Source: Candidatus Omnitrophota bacterium (lineage in GTDB: Bacteria > Omnitrophota > Gorgyraeia > Duberdicusellales > 4484-171). From it: DNA of 64,000 nt. The notes under the pieces are model-generated. The model was not told the DNA's origin, made no database searches, and worked only from the letters and a program-made list of their open reading frames with translations. The position numbers were made by a program, and so were the translations under genes. Every line of letters starts with the position of its first letter. Within the stretch, counting starts at the first letter, position 1. This document shows, in pieces, positions 36,901 to 46,289 of this stretch. Location: contig PMCS01000030.1 of NCBI GenBank assembly GCA_003154195.1, positions 123,446 to 187,445 on the forward strand, written 5' to 3'.

Positions 36901-37581
36901 ATGAAAAAAATATTTCTATTTATTTTGTTTATTTCCGGCGTAATTTTTTCTTCGAAAGCGGCGCCGTGTTACGGCACGAGAATGCCCAGCCGGAAGCAAT
37001 TTTTTGCCGGAGCCCAGAGCTATACTATTTTTCAAAGAAAGCTGGAGGGGGATTTCGGCAATCTCCGCAGCCAGCAGGGTTTTTTTACGCTTTCCGGCGG
37101 CCTGAGCGATTGGCTCAGCATCGATTTAAAAATCGGCACGGGAAATATCCTGCAGCACCCGGTCGGCCGGAACGAAATAGATTATCCTACGAGCTTTGCC
37201 GGCGGTTACGGGTATCGCCTGAAATTACTGGATAAAGAAACAACAAAAGCGGTTTTTGGTTTCCAGCATATCAGCGTGCATCCCTATTCTAGGGAAATCG
37301 GCGATGTGCGCAACGAAGCCATTCTTGACGATTGGCAATATTCCCTGCTTGTTTCTCAGCAGGTAAAAACGATTACGCCTTATATCGGCGCGTATTGGTC
37401 GCGTGTTGACTATATCCATCACTGGGATAACGAACATAAACGCAAGATGTCCAGCTTAGCGCATGCGGTCGGCCTGGTCTGCGGCGTTGATTTTGACGTC
37501 ACAAAAAAATCGTGGCTAAATTTAGAGGGGCAGTTTTTTGCCGGCTCCGCCTTTTCCGCAAGTTATAATTATTCATTTTAA
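36901..37581 (+). CDS. outer-membrane beta-barrel protein (hypothetical)
   Basis: Signal peptide MKKIFLFILFISGVIFSSKA, alternating beta-strand pattern and a C-terminal aromatic residue (...YNYSF). Confidence 0.5.
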   Translation: MKKIFLFILFISGVIFSSKAAPCYGTRMPSRKQFFAGAQSYTIFQRKLEGDFGNLRSQQGFFTLSGGLSDWLSIDLKIGTGNILQHPVGRNEIDYPTSFAGGYGYRLKLLDKETTKAVFGFQHISVHPYSREIGDVRNEAILDDWQYSLLVSQQVKTITPYIGAYWSRVDYIHHWDNEHKRKMSSLAHAVGLVCGVDFDVTKKSWLNLEGQFFAGSAFSASYNYSF

Positions 37582-38167
37582 CTAAAAAACTCGTTTTCCA
37601 AACGAATTTTTTAGTTAAGAAGGAAAAAATGCCGCCGTTTTTTGAAAGTTTCCTAAAGCCAAAATATAAGGAATAAAATAAATTCCTTGCAGCCGGCTCG
37701 CCTCACGGCGAAGCCGTGGGCTATCCCTGGGGCAAGCCCGCAGCCCCGTTTCCCTGATATATTGATTAAGGTTCGGGGCGTCCCGTACCTTAGTATACTA
37801 TCTAGGGTAACGGGACAGGGTATTTCGCTGGCTGCATGGCGCTTTGCGCCACCGGAATTTCTTTTATTTGTTTTGTCCGCCACAAATAATAAATTATTCA
37901 GGCGGATCCGCCTTCGGCGGAAAAACCTATGCTGCGGTTTTTCCGCTTGCAAAGCGAGACTTCGCCAAAAGATGGAAACTTTTGGCGAGCAAACTTTCCC
38001 TTTCGTTTCCGAAACGGGAAATTGGATTTTCCAATTTCCCGCGGCAAAAGACGCCATTCATCCCCGCTGCAAGCAGCGGGAAATTCTGGCGGATTTTGTT
38101 AAAAAGAGATTTGGGCGGCATTTTTTCCCGGAGCCGGGAAAATGCGCCAAACGCATTTTACCGGCTA

Positions 38168-39625
38168 ATGATAAAGAAAACCTCAGATTTTCAAACTTAC
38201 CTCGAAGATACATCCAATTTGAAAGGGCATGCTGAATGCCTTTATCTTCCCGAATCTAAAGAAGAAGTCCGGTTCTTAATCGGCGAGTGCAATCGGTCAA
38301 AGTCCCCCCTGACGGTTTCCGCGGGGAGGACCGGGACTACCGCCGGTTGCGTCCCCTTGTCCGGAGCCTTACTTTCTTTGCAAAATCTCAATAAAATTAT
38401 CAATATTGATGCCGGGGTAAAAGAAGCGCGCGTGGAAGCGGGAGTTTTGCTGGAGGATTTGTTGAAAGAGGCAGTTAAATTTAATCTTACCTTACGGGCG
38501 TCGCCTACCGAGCCTCTGGCTTATGCCGGTGGGGCGGTTTCAACCGCCGCTTCCGGCGTGCGGGGCTTTGGCTATGGTTCAATACGAAACTATGTCCGCG
38601 CGATCGAGATTGTCCTGGCGGGAGGCGATGTTCTTAAGATACAACGGGGAAAAATTTTTTCCCTGGGGAGGGCTTTCGATTTCACCTGCGGCGGTAAAAG
38701 ATTTAAATTCAATCTCCCTTCCTACGACATGCCGCCGGTTAAGTCTCAGGCCGGTTTTTTTGTTAAAGATAATATGGACTTGATCGATTTATTCATCGGC
38801 AGTGAAGGCGTGCTGGGGATTATTACCGAATGCTGTCTTTCGCTGCAAACAATCGCGCCGTACATTATCGACGGGTTGGTTTTTTTTGACTGTGAAGAGA
38901 AAGCGTTGGGGTTCAGCGGGAGCGTAAAAAGCCTTAAGCGGGATAACTTGATAAATCCGGCGTCGCTGGAGTTTTTTGATCATAATTCTTTAGAGTTGTT
39001 AGGGCCGGTTTATTCTTTTATCCCCGCTTCGGCCGCGGCGGCAATTTATTTCGAGCAGGAAGCCGAAGATAAATCGTCGTCGGAGCAATTAATGGATACC
39101 TGGGCGAAGCTTATCGAAAACGGCGGCGCGTCCCTGGATACTTGTATCATCGCCGATAATCCCAATGCCCGCCGGAGCATTTTTGAATTCCGGCATAAAG
39201 TGCCGCAGCTCATCAACGAATTTTTAAGAGCGTACGGCCAACAGAAGATTGCTTCCGATATTGCCGTGCCGCCGGAACATTTTGCGGCGATGTATGAATC
39301 CTATAAATCAACCGCCCGGGAAACGGCTCTGCGATACGTCAATTTCGGCCACATCGGCGAAGGGCACCTGCACTTTAATTTCCTGCCGCGCAGTGACCAA
39401 GAAAGCGTCCGGGCCGGGGAAGGCATCGCCCGCCTTTGCCGTCAAGCGGTTGCCTGGGGCGGGACAGTCTGCGCCGAGCATGGGGTAGGCAAGGTTAAAA
39501 AACCTTACCTTAAGATTATGTACGGCGATAAGCATATTAAAGAAATGGCGGCGTTGAAAAAATATTTCGACCCTAATTGCATACTCAATTTGGATAATAT
39601 ATTTGATAAGGAGTTTTTATTGTAG
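38168..39625 (+). CDS. FAD-linked oxidase (GlcD / D-lactate dehydrogenase-like, PCMH-type FAD binding)
   Basis: FAD_binding_4 motifs (RTGTTAGCVP, GSEGVLGIITE) and a C-terminal FAD-oxidase_C domain. The ORF track extension to 37844 runs through a hairpin-dense leader and was rejected. Confidence 0.75.
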   Translation: MIKKTSDFQTYLEDTSNLKGHAECLYLPESKEEVRFLIGECNRSKSPLTVSAGRTGTTAGCVPLSGALLSLQNLNKIINIDAGVKEARVEAGVLLEDLLKEAVKFNLTLRASPTEPLAYAGGAVSTAASGVRGFGYGSIRNYVRAIEIVLAGGDVLKIQRGKIFSLGRAFDFTCGGKRFKFNLPSYDMPPVKSQAGFFVKDNMDLIDLFIGSEGVLGIITECCLSLQTIAPYIIDGLVFFDCEEKALGFSGSVKSLKRDNLINPASLEFFDHNSLELLGPVYSFIPASAAAAIYFEQEAEDKSSSEQLMDTWAKLIENGGASLDTCIIADNPNARRSIFEFRHKVPQLINEFLRAYGQQKIASDIAVPPEHFAAMYESYKSTARETALRYVNFGHIGEGHLHFNFLPRSDQESVRAGEGIARLCRQAVAWGGTVCAEHGVGKVKKPYLKIMYGDKHIKEMAALKKYFDPNCILNLDNIFDKEFLL

Positions 39626-39636
39626 AAGCGGTTTTC

Positions 39637-39683
39637 CCATCCGCGAAGCGGATGGCGGTTATTTTTTGCGCAGCAAAAAATAA
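39637..39683. repeat. composite family A element: GC hairpin CCATCCGCGAAGCGGATGG plus AT palindrome TTATTTTTTGCGCAGCAAAAAATAA
   Basis: The same two modules occur in inverted order at 46241-46289. Confidence 0.6.
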
Positions 39684-39684
39684 T

Positions 39685-40077
39685 ATGAAACGAGAATTAG
39701 ACGTAGTCGCGGCGTTGATTAAAAAAGGCAGAAAGATACTCCTTTGCCGGCGGCATCTTCATGATCACTACGGCGGTTTGTGGGAATTTCCCGGCGGGGC
39801 GGTGGAAAAGGGAGAAACTTTTGAGGCGGCAATCGAGCGGGAGATAAAAGAGGAAACCGATTTAAACATTAAGGCTGTCCGATTGGTGGGTAAATTTTAC
39901 GATGAGGATGAAACGTTGATCATCCATATTTATTTGTATCGTTGCGATATCATTTCGGGGCAGATTGCCGCTCGCGATTGCGCCGATTTTGGATTTTTCC
40001 CCTTGCCGGATATCGCCCGGTTGGATTTAGCTCCAGCCGATAAGAAAATTTATTATTTTTTACTGCGTAAAAAATAA
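39685..40077 (+). CDS. NUDIX hydrolase (MutT-like)
   Basis: Nudix box GGAVEKGETFEAAIEREIKEETDL. Confidence 0.8.
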   Translation: MKRELDVVAALIKKGRKILLCRRHLHDHYGGLWEFPGGAVEKGETFEAAIEREIKEETDLNIKAVRLVGKFYDEDETLIIHIYLYRCDIISGQIAARDCADFGFFPLPDIARLDLAPADKKIYYFLLRKK

Positions 40078-40307
40078 TTTTTGTTCGCCGGTAGGCGAGG
40101 CCGCATTTTTTCCGGAGGAAAAAATGGAAAATATTGCAAATTTTAACGTTAAGGGGTATAATTTGATTCTATCCGCCTTCGCCGAGGCTTCGGCGGATGT
40201 CACTAAATAGGCAAGCCCATGTGGCGGGTAGCCTTGTGAGGCTTCGACGTATGTTGTAGCGGCGGATAATGCATTTAGTTACCATGGGCTTGCTCAAGGG
40301 GTGTTCC

Positions 40308-40868
40308 ATGAAAAAACAGACAATCAGGCAAGAATTGTTAGGGATTATCAGGAAAGACGCTTTTTTTAAGAAAAAAGTGGTTCTTTCCAGCGGTAAGGTC
40401 AGTAATTATTATGTCGATGTGCGCCGGATTAGTTTATCCAGCCGGGGTATTTATCTTACCTCGCGATTGATTTGGGATATTGTTAAAAAAGAAAAGGCTA
40501 CTGCTTTTGGCGGGCCCACTTTAGGCGCCGACCCGATTGTGGCGGGGGTGTGCCTGCTTGCCGCTCAGGAAGGGAAAACGTTAAAAGGGTTTATTATACG
40601 CAAGGAGCCCAAGAAACACGGCCGGCAAAATTTAATCGAAGGTAAAGAATTATCCAAAAAAGATAAAATTATTATCGTTGACGATACCGCTACCAGCGGT
40701 TCTTCGCTTATTAAATCTATCGAGGCGCTGAAACAATCCGGCCTTAAGCCATTTAAGGCGATCGCGGTTGTCGATCGGGAAGAAGGCGCGCGCGATAATC
40801 TTGCTAAATTAAACTGCCCCTTGATTTCCCTGTTTAAAGCCGGCGAAATCGTCGATTTTTCCGGCTGA
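40308..40868 (+). CDS. pyrE: orotate phosphoribosyltransferase-like (type I PRTase)
   Basis: PRPP-binding motif IIIVDDTATSGSS, an N-terminal VLSSGKVSNYY motif and the RBS AAGGGG. The ORF track start at 40269 is embedded in a predicted leader helix. Confidence 0.65.
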   Translation: MKKQTIRQELLGIIRKDAFFKKKVVLSSGKVSNYYVDVRRISLSSRGIYLTSRLIWDIVKKEKATAFGGPTLGADPIVAGVCLLAAQEGKTLKGFIIRKEPKKHGRQNLIEGKELSKKDKIIIVDDTATSGSSLIKSIEALKQSGLKPFKAIAVVDREEGARDNLAKLNCPLISLFKAGEIVDFSG

Positions 40869-40924
40869 ACTGCCGGCGGAATCGCCGGCGAGCCGGAAAA
40901 ATTTCCGACGGAGACTGCAAAACA

Positions 40925-41719
40925 ATGGTTTTTGAAAAAATCGCCAAAAAAGTTTTTATCCGGTATCTGTTATTTGCCATCTGCTTTCTGTCTTTATGCG
41001 GGTGCGCTACCGAGTATAATACCGGGACTCATAAGGAAGATTGGATTTTTTATTCGACGGAGAGCGAGGTTTCGATGGGGCTGGCAATCTCCCGGGCAAT
41101 CGCTAAAGACAAGGAAATGAAAATATCCAATGACCCCATCGATATAAAACGCGTCAATAGAATCGGCGATAAGATAGCTGAAGTTTGCGACCGGAGCGAA
41201 TTGACTTATTATTTTTATGTGCTCTTGGACGAGAAAGAGGTAAATGCTTTTAGCCTTCCCGGCGGGTATGTGTATATCTTTAAAAAGCTTCTCGATGATT
41301 TAAACGATGATGAGCTGGCGTTTGTCCTGGCGCATGAGGTGGGCCATATTGTATCGCGCCACGCCATAAAGGCATTACAGGCGGCGATAGCGGCTAATGT
41401 TTTGACCCTTGCCGGAGCGTTTGCGCCCGGAGGCAGCGGGGAATTTGCGCAGGGTCTTTCTTTTGCTTTAGCGCAGATCATGGTGGGTTATTCGCGGGAA
41501 GACGAATTCAACGCCGACGAACAGGCGGTAAAGTACACTAAAATATGCGGTTATGACTCTAAGGCCGGGATAAACGTCATGGAAAAACTTTATAAAGAAG
41601 AAAAGAAAACCATAAACCCGATTTCATTTTTTCGGACTCACCCTTATACCGCGCAGCGAATCCGCCATATCAGAGAAACCCTGCATCTCCCGCTTTCTGC
41701 CGCCGACTACCTCAATTAA
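40925..41719 (+). CDS. M48-family zinc metallopeptidase lipoprotein
   Basis: HEVGH (HExxH) motif plus a distal E; lipobox LSLCGC. Confidence 0.8.
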   Translation: MVFEKIAKKVFIRYLLFAICFLSLCGCATEYNTGTHKEDWIFYSTESEVSMGLAISRAIAKDKEMKISNDPIDIKRVNRIGDKIAEVCDRSELTYYFYVLLDEKEVNAFSLPGGYVYIFKKLLDDLNDDELAFVLAHEVGHIVSRHAIKALQAAIAANVLTLAGAFAPGGSGEFAQGLSFALAQIMVGYSREDEFNADEQAVKYTKICGYDSKAGINVMEKLYKEEKKTINPISFFRTHPYTAQRIRHIRETLHLPLSAADYLN

Positions 41720-41790
41720 TGAGGCTTCGCCGAAATCAAGCCCGAAGGGCGCAGATTGAGGCGGTAGCCGAATTACCCAGCACTAATTTT
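41705..41790. repeat. repeat family C copy (inverted orientation)
   Basis: TTAATGAGGCTTCGCCGAAATCAAGCCCGAAGG is the reverse complement of CTTCGGGCTTGATTTCGGTGAAGTCTCATTAA at 17712-17745. Confidence 0.5.
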
Positions 41791-41922
41791 GCTGTGGCAA
41801 AATTAGTGCTGGGTATAGCGTAAACAGCTACTTCGTCGGTGACGTTTCGCTTTCCCAGCAGGAAAAATTAATCTGCCAATAGGCAGGACGGAGCCGGAAA
41901 AATGCGTTTCTTATTTTTCCGG

Positions 41923-42912
41923 CTAAAGGGCGTTTTTTACCGCCAGCAGGGTGATGAGGCTGGTAGAATTAAAAATCGAATGAAAAATAATCGGCAGAGT
42001 AATATTTTGCGTTTTTTCGTAAAGATAACAGAGGCAGAGGCTTATTACCAAAAGAGGCAGGAAATATTGCGGTGTTCCATGAGGGAGAACAAAAAATATT
42101 GAAGTCAAAACAGCGGCAGCCACGGAAGAATATTTTTTTCTTACCAGCCGGTAGATAAAGCCGCGAAAAAATAACTCTTCGGCAACCGGCCCCAGAATTA
42201 TTATTTGTCCACAAAGCAATAAGGAAAAAAATATATTTTTCGAAGCAAGGACTAATTCCACCGCCGGGTTAAGCGAATATTTTAAGCCCAGCGCTTCGGC
42301 GATAAAGTTGTTGGCAACCGCGGCGGCTAACAATATGGGGATCATTGCCGTGTAGGTTTTCAGCGTCGCGGCGAGATGGCTCTTTTTTAAGGGAGAAAAA
42401 AGAAACGACGGTTTTAAAAACGCAACGGTCGCGGCAATGGCCGCTATTTCGATAATCAGGTTAACGATTATGGGAAAATTTGTTTTTTGGGATGAAAGAT
42501 AATTTTTAAACGGTTTTAATGCCGGAATAACTTTCGCCAGGCCGGCAAAAGATATTCCCGACGCGTAGAGCAGAAAAATAAGAAGCAGAATAATAAAGAT
42601 TAATTTCGCCGAGAGCTCTTCGTTTAAGGGGAATATTTTTTTCGCTTCGTCGATATCGAGGATAGGCTTTTTATTCATTTTTCTTACTACGAGGTCGGCT
42701 AAATTTAGCATTCCCGCAGTCAGGAGCACCAGATAGAGGATGCCGACTCCGGCCAGGGGCAGGGATTTTTCCGGCGCGGCGGTAATTTTTTCTTTGGTGA
42801 TTTGGGAGAAAATTTCCTTATCGTTATCTTTCCGGGGAGGATGGGAGATGTTATTCAGGAATATGGCCATAAAAAAAACGATGGATAAAATGATATAGAT
42901 GTTTTTTCGCAT
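41923..42912 (-). CDS. CPBP-family intramembrane metalloprotease (CAAX protease / Abi-like)
   Basis: Motifs EELFFRGF and FHSIFN, with about eight TM helices. Confidence 0.8.
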   Translation of the reverse strand: MRKNIYIILSIVFFMAIFLNNISHPPRKDNDKEIFSQITKEKITAAPEKSLPLAGVGILYLVLLTAGMLNLADLVVRKMNKKPILDIDEAKKIFPLNEELSAKLIFIILLLIFLLYASGISFAGLAKVIPALKPFKNYLSSQKTNFPIIVNLIIEIAAIAATVAFLKPSFLFSPLKKSHLAATLKTYTAMIPILLAAAVANNFIAEALGLKYSLNPAVELVLASKNIFFSLLLCGQIIILGPVAEELFFRGFIYRLVRKKYSSVAAAVLTSIFFVLPHGTPQYFLPLLVISLCLCYLYEKTQNITLPIIFHSIFNSTSLITLLAVKNAL

Positions 42913-43028
42913 TAAAGCATTGTAGCAAATTTAGAGTTTGCCGCAATGAAATAAAATATTTCATAGTTTGCCGGTTGTTTGGTATAATTGCTAAGGAAAT
43001 AAAAACCGGTATAAATACATTTTCAATT

Positions 43029-43118
43029 GGAGAGGTGGTCGAGTTGGTTTAAGGCGCCGGTCTCGAAAACCGGAGTCCGACTTATGTTGGACCGTGAGTT
43101 CAAATCTCACCCTCTCCG
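43029..43118 (+). tRNA. tRNA-Ser (anticodon CGA)
   Basis: Acceptor stem GGAGAGG/CCTCTCC, anticodon loop CTCGAAA, long variable arm and T-arm GTGAG-TTCAAAT-CTCAC. No CCA is encoded. Confidence 0.85.
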
Positions 43119-43282
43119 TTTTTTGCTTTGCAAAAAACGGAAAAGTCTCGCCCGCCAAAATTGTAAAACAATTTTGGCGAGACGGACTCTCCGCAAAAGT
43201 TTGCTACCGTTCGCTCAGACAAATTATGGCGAGATATTGTTCTTCAAAGCCGGGCGTAGAAAATTGAAGAAAATGCTTTTCT

Positions 43283-44416
43283 ATGTTTGAGCGGAAGGGA
43301 ATTAAAATTATTGATGCGCGAATGAAAAACATAGTTAAAGGCAATTCAACAAAAGTTATTTTAATAGCGCTTGGCGTGCTTTTCGTTGCTTCCATTCTGG
43401 TCGGTATCCCAATGCAAATGGTTATGGCCATTCATAAAGCGGCGGCCATAATATGGGAGGAGAAGAATTTATCTCATGGAATCGATGGCTATGTTTTAGA
43501 AGCACATGGAAATAGTCTGGTCGCTTTTGATCTTAACAATAAAAGCGCCCATATTGTAAAAGCTGTGCCGAAAGAATCATTTTCTGATGGATGGCGCATT
43601 TTTGATGTAACGGGGCCAAGCAGAGATGGGAAAATAATTTACCTCTTAACGAATCCATGGAATAAACAAACTAATTCATGGGATGATCACGCTGTATGCG
43701 CATGCGTGCTTTGAATGTGTGGTCTCCAAGGTTTGGATGATATTGTTTTGGCTGACAAATTTAATGTTGGATACGACACGACGCAACATTTATCAATTTC
43801 GCCCGATGGAAAATTGTTAGCGACGTTGTTCCATCGAGAAAAACAGAAAGATTCAAGCAGCGGAAGGGGTTCTGAAGCTGGTGTTTTGGAAATATTCCGC
43901 GTCCCCTCAATGGAAAAGGTTAAAGAAATTTCCTCTGTAGCTGATGGGAATATCTCTTGGTTTCCTGACAGCTCTTCAATTCTTTTTACCATGCCGGAAG
44001 GTAAGCGCAGTGTTATTAGAAAATTAGAAATAGGATCAGGAAAAATATTAAGTTTCAATCAAGGCATGTATCAACGAATATCTCCCGATGGTTCCAAGAT
44101 GGCTTATCTCGATTTAGAAAATAATCATTGGGATTTAAAAATAAGGAATTTAGACAATAAGGGGTCTATCCGAAGCCCTTTAACAAAAAAAGATGAAATA
44201 ATCGGTATTATTGGCATGGTTGACGCGAATCGAATTTTGTATGTTGGTGTTACAACCGGTATGCTTCCATCCAAGATCCAAAATGGATCCATATCATTAA
44301 AAATTGCGGATGCAGCGAAGGGAATGTTCGAGACTCTTCATGTATTTGAGGATGAAAATTGTGGCGGCTATTCATATGCGATAAATGAAGAAGTTAGTTA
44401 TGGAAATATTGATTAG
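43283..44416 (+). pseudogene. TolB-like beta-propeller (PD40 repeat) protein interrupted by an in-frame TGA at 43712-43714
   Basis: ORFs 43283..43714 and 43715..44416 share a reading frame. PD40-like motifs (ISPDGKLLA, ISPDGSKMAY) occur in both halves. It is a paralog of the 47625..48569 product. Confidence 0.5.
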
Positions 44417-44837
44417 AATATTTTAGCTATTTTGAATAGAACACATTTAGCTATAGGGTTTGGCTTTTGTCCATGGCTACTCGCCATTTTTGCCGATGGC
44501 AAGAATGATAAAACTCCGCGTTAGACTTTTGCCTTGTAAGAAACCCTGACCCAAATAAGGTATCCAGATTTTTTCCTTCCCGTTTGGCGCGAAGCTTTGA
44601 ATCAGTTAAGCCAGATTCCCGAATTATTAATGTGCGAGTTAGTTTTTCCCTCAAACCGCTAATGGCAACGCTAATTTTGAAAATTACGACTACCTTACTT
44701 TTGATATTACGGCGATGAACGACGTTAGCCCCAAGCAGGTGGAGGAGATGCTTATTGGGGAACGCCCTCGTTGAGCCGCCTTCACATTAGACTATCTTCG
44801 CAAACATTCTTATCTTATTGTCTTCGTGTATTGTATT

Positions 44838-44880
44838 TTTTTATCCTATTTTTTGTTGCAATTGCAATAAAAAATAGGAT
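44838..44880. promoter_or_regulatory. 40-bp palindrome containing TTGCAATTGCAA (candidate operator)
   Basis: ATCCTATTTTTTGTTGCAATTGCAATAAAAAATAGGAT sits directly upstream of the PaaX-like gene. A related palindrome is at 45838-45880. Confidence 0.45.
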
Positions 44881-44889
44881 AATAATTTT

Positions 44890-45732
44890 ATGAAAAAAAC
44901 CATTAATAAAATTGGTTATGCGCTTGTTGATACCGCAGGGGTTGCCAAGAATGTTCTACGGGACGGGTGGGAAGGTGTTTGTTATTTATTGTGGCTGGTT
45001 AATCCGCCTACGATGAGCAAGGCAATGTTCGGCCCGCAGATGCGGGAGTTGTATTCTTATAAGTCGCTTTATCAAAGAATGGACGGTTTATACGAGAAAG
45101 GTTATATCGGGCGCATCGGCCGGCACAAAAAATTTTCGTTTTTTTTCAAAAAAGGATTCCGTTATAATTTTCTCGATGATTATTTGGCGTTAAAAATAGA
45201 AAAATTCTACAAACCTTGGGACAGGAAATGGCGGCTTCTTATTTATGATATTCCTCAGAAAAACAGCCCCAAGCGGGAACAGTTCCGGAGGCATATTAAA
45301 AACCTGGGGTTCGGTATGTCCCAGAAAAGCTGTTGGGTTAATGCTTATGATTTTACCTACCCGATTGATGAGTTTTGCCGCCAGAATAAGATGAGTGATT
45401 GCATTTGTTCGTATGAAGGGGCATTTTTGACCGGGGAGAATATAGATACGATGGTGGAGCGGGTTTGGAAAATAAGCGATTTTTTCTCTGTTTACGAAAC
45501 GATAATATCGATGGCCGATGGTTATCTGCGCGCGATTAAAACACAACAAATATCATTTAAAGATTACTATGTGAAATATTGCGAGCTATTTGCGCAATAC
45601 AAAAATGCCTTATTACGCGATCCTTTCCTGCCCAAAGAATTTACGCCGCTGTGGCAAAAAAGAGATCTTGCCGAAAATAGATTAAGTATTTTACTCCGCG
45701 CGCTTTTTAAAGAATGCGGCATGAGTCTATAA
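44890..45732 (+). CDS. PaaX-family-like transcriptional regulator
   Basis: The RKWRLLIYDIPQKNSPKREQFRRHIKNLGFGMSQKSCWVN region resembles the PaaX middle (Cas2-like) domain. The N-terminal region is wHTH-like. Confidence 0.5.
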   Translation: MKKTINKIGYALVDTAGVAKNVLRDGWEGVCYLLWLVNPPTMSKAMFGPQMRELYSYKSLYQRMDGLYEKGYIGRIGRHKKFSFFFKKGFRYNFLDDYLALKIEKFYKPWDRKWRLLIYDIPQKNSPKREQFRRHIKNLGFGMSQKSCWVNAYDFTYPIDEFCRQNKMSDCICSYEGAFLTGENIDTMVERVWKISDFFSVYETIISMADGYLRAIKTQQISFKDYYVKYCELFAQYKNALLRDPFLPKEFTPLWQKRDLAENRLSILLRALFKECGMSL

Positions 45733-45837
45733 AAATTACACTACCCCCGCGCTAAAACTACTTTTTTTATCCCCAGTATCGCAAGGACTTAAATTACTTT
45801 ACTGACGTCTTTATGAAAAAGGGAAAACATTATCCTT

Positions 45838-45880
45838 AAATCTTGTTGCAATTGCAACAAGAAAATAGGATGAAAAGAGG
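45838..45880. promoter_or_regulatory. palindrome CTTGTTGCAATTGCAACAAG...AAAATAGGAT, related to 44838-44880
   Basis: It shares the GTTGCAATTGCAA core and the AAAATAGGAT tail with the upstream palindrome. Confidence 0.45.
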
Positions 45881-45912
45881 TTGATGAATTTGTGAGGAAG
45901 GCGATAAAACAA

Positions 45913-45942
45913 AAAAGAGCCGAAGAAATCCGGCTCTTTTTT
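45913..45942 (+). terminator. terminator-like hairpin AAAAGAGCCGAAGAAATCCGGCTCTTTTTT
   Basis: GC stem followed by a T-tract. Confidence 0.45.
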
Positions 45943-46158
45943 GTTGATGATGCGCGGGGTGTCCGCCGTATCGCATGCGGCATGTGAACTCGGGGAGATC
46001 TCGCCAAGCGAAGCTTGGCGGAGGACTTGCCACTTGTCTCTCCGGTAAGGCCGGAGAGGGTGTCCTAAGGATGCTGCAAGTGCCAATAATGTGCTAGCCA
46101 TTTGCTGAACGATAAACCTTCCGTTACATTTCAAACCGATTGAATTAAAAGAAAACCA

Positions 46159-46240
46159 TGCGCGGGGTGGGAGTTGAACCCACATGGGGGTTACCCATAC
46201 GCTTCTGAGGCGTACGCGTCTGCCATTTCGCCACCCGCGC
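46159..46240 (-). tRNA. tRNA-Leu (anticodon CAG)
   Basis: The reverse complement GCGCGGGTGGCGAAATGGCAGACGCGTACGCCTCAGAAGCGTATGGGTAACCCCCATGTGGGTTCAACTCCCACCCCGCGCA aligns well with bacterial tRNA-Leu, including the long variable arm. Confidence 0.85.
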
Positions 46241-46289
46241 TAATTTTTTGCTGCGCAAAAAATTAGAGCTCCATCCGCTTCGCGGATGG
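46241..46289. repeat. composite family A element (AT palindrome TAATTTTTTGCTGCGCAAAAAATTA plus hairpin CCATCCGCTTCGCGGATGG)
   Basis: Inverse arrangement of the element at 39637-39683. Confidence 0.6.

Noticed and set aside
37653-38235. ORFs 37653..38057 (minus strand) and 37687..38235 (plus strand).
   Set aside because: Both run through a dense array of palindromes, have no recognisable protein features, and the downstream oxidase has a clear start at 38168.
43027-43290. 87-aa ORF from the six-frame track.
   Set aside because: It is fully overlapped by tRNA-Ser(CGA) and a downstream hairpin, so it is spurious.
43712-43714. UGA recoding (a genetic code 25-like Gly codon) as the explanation for the in-frame TGA in the TolB-like gene.
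   Set aside because: Other genes in the window (for example hom and argS) clearly terminate at TGA with conserved C-termini, so a global reassignment is unlikely. I found no SECIS-like element to suggest selenocysteine.
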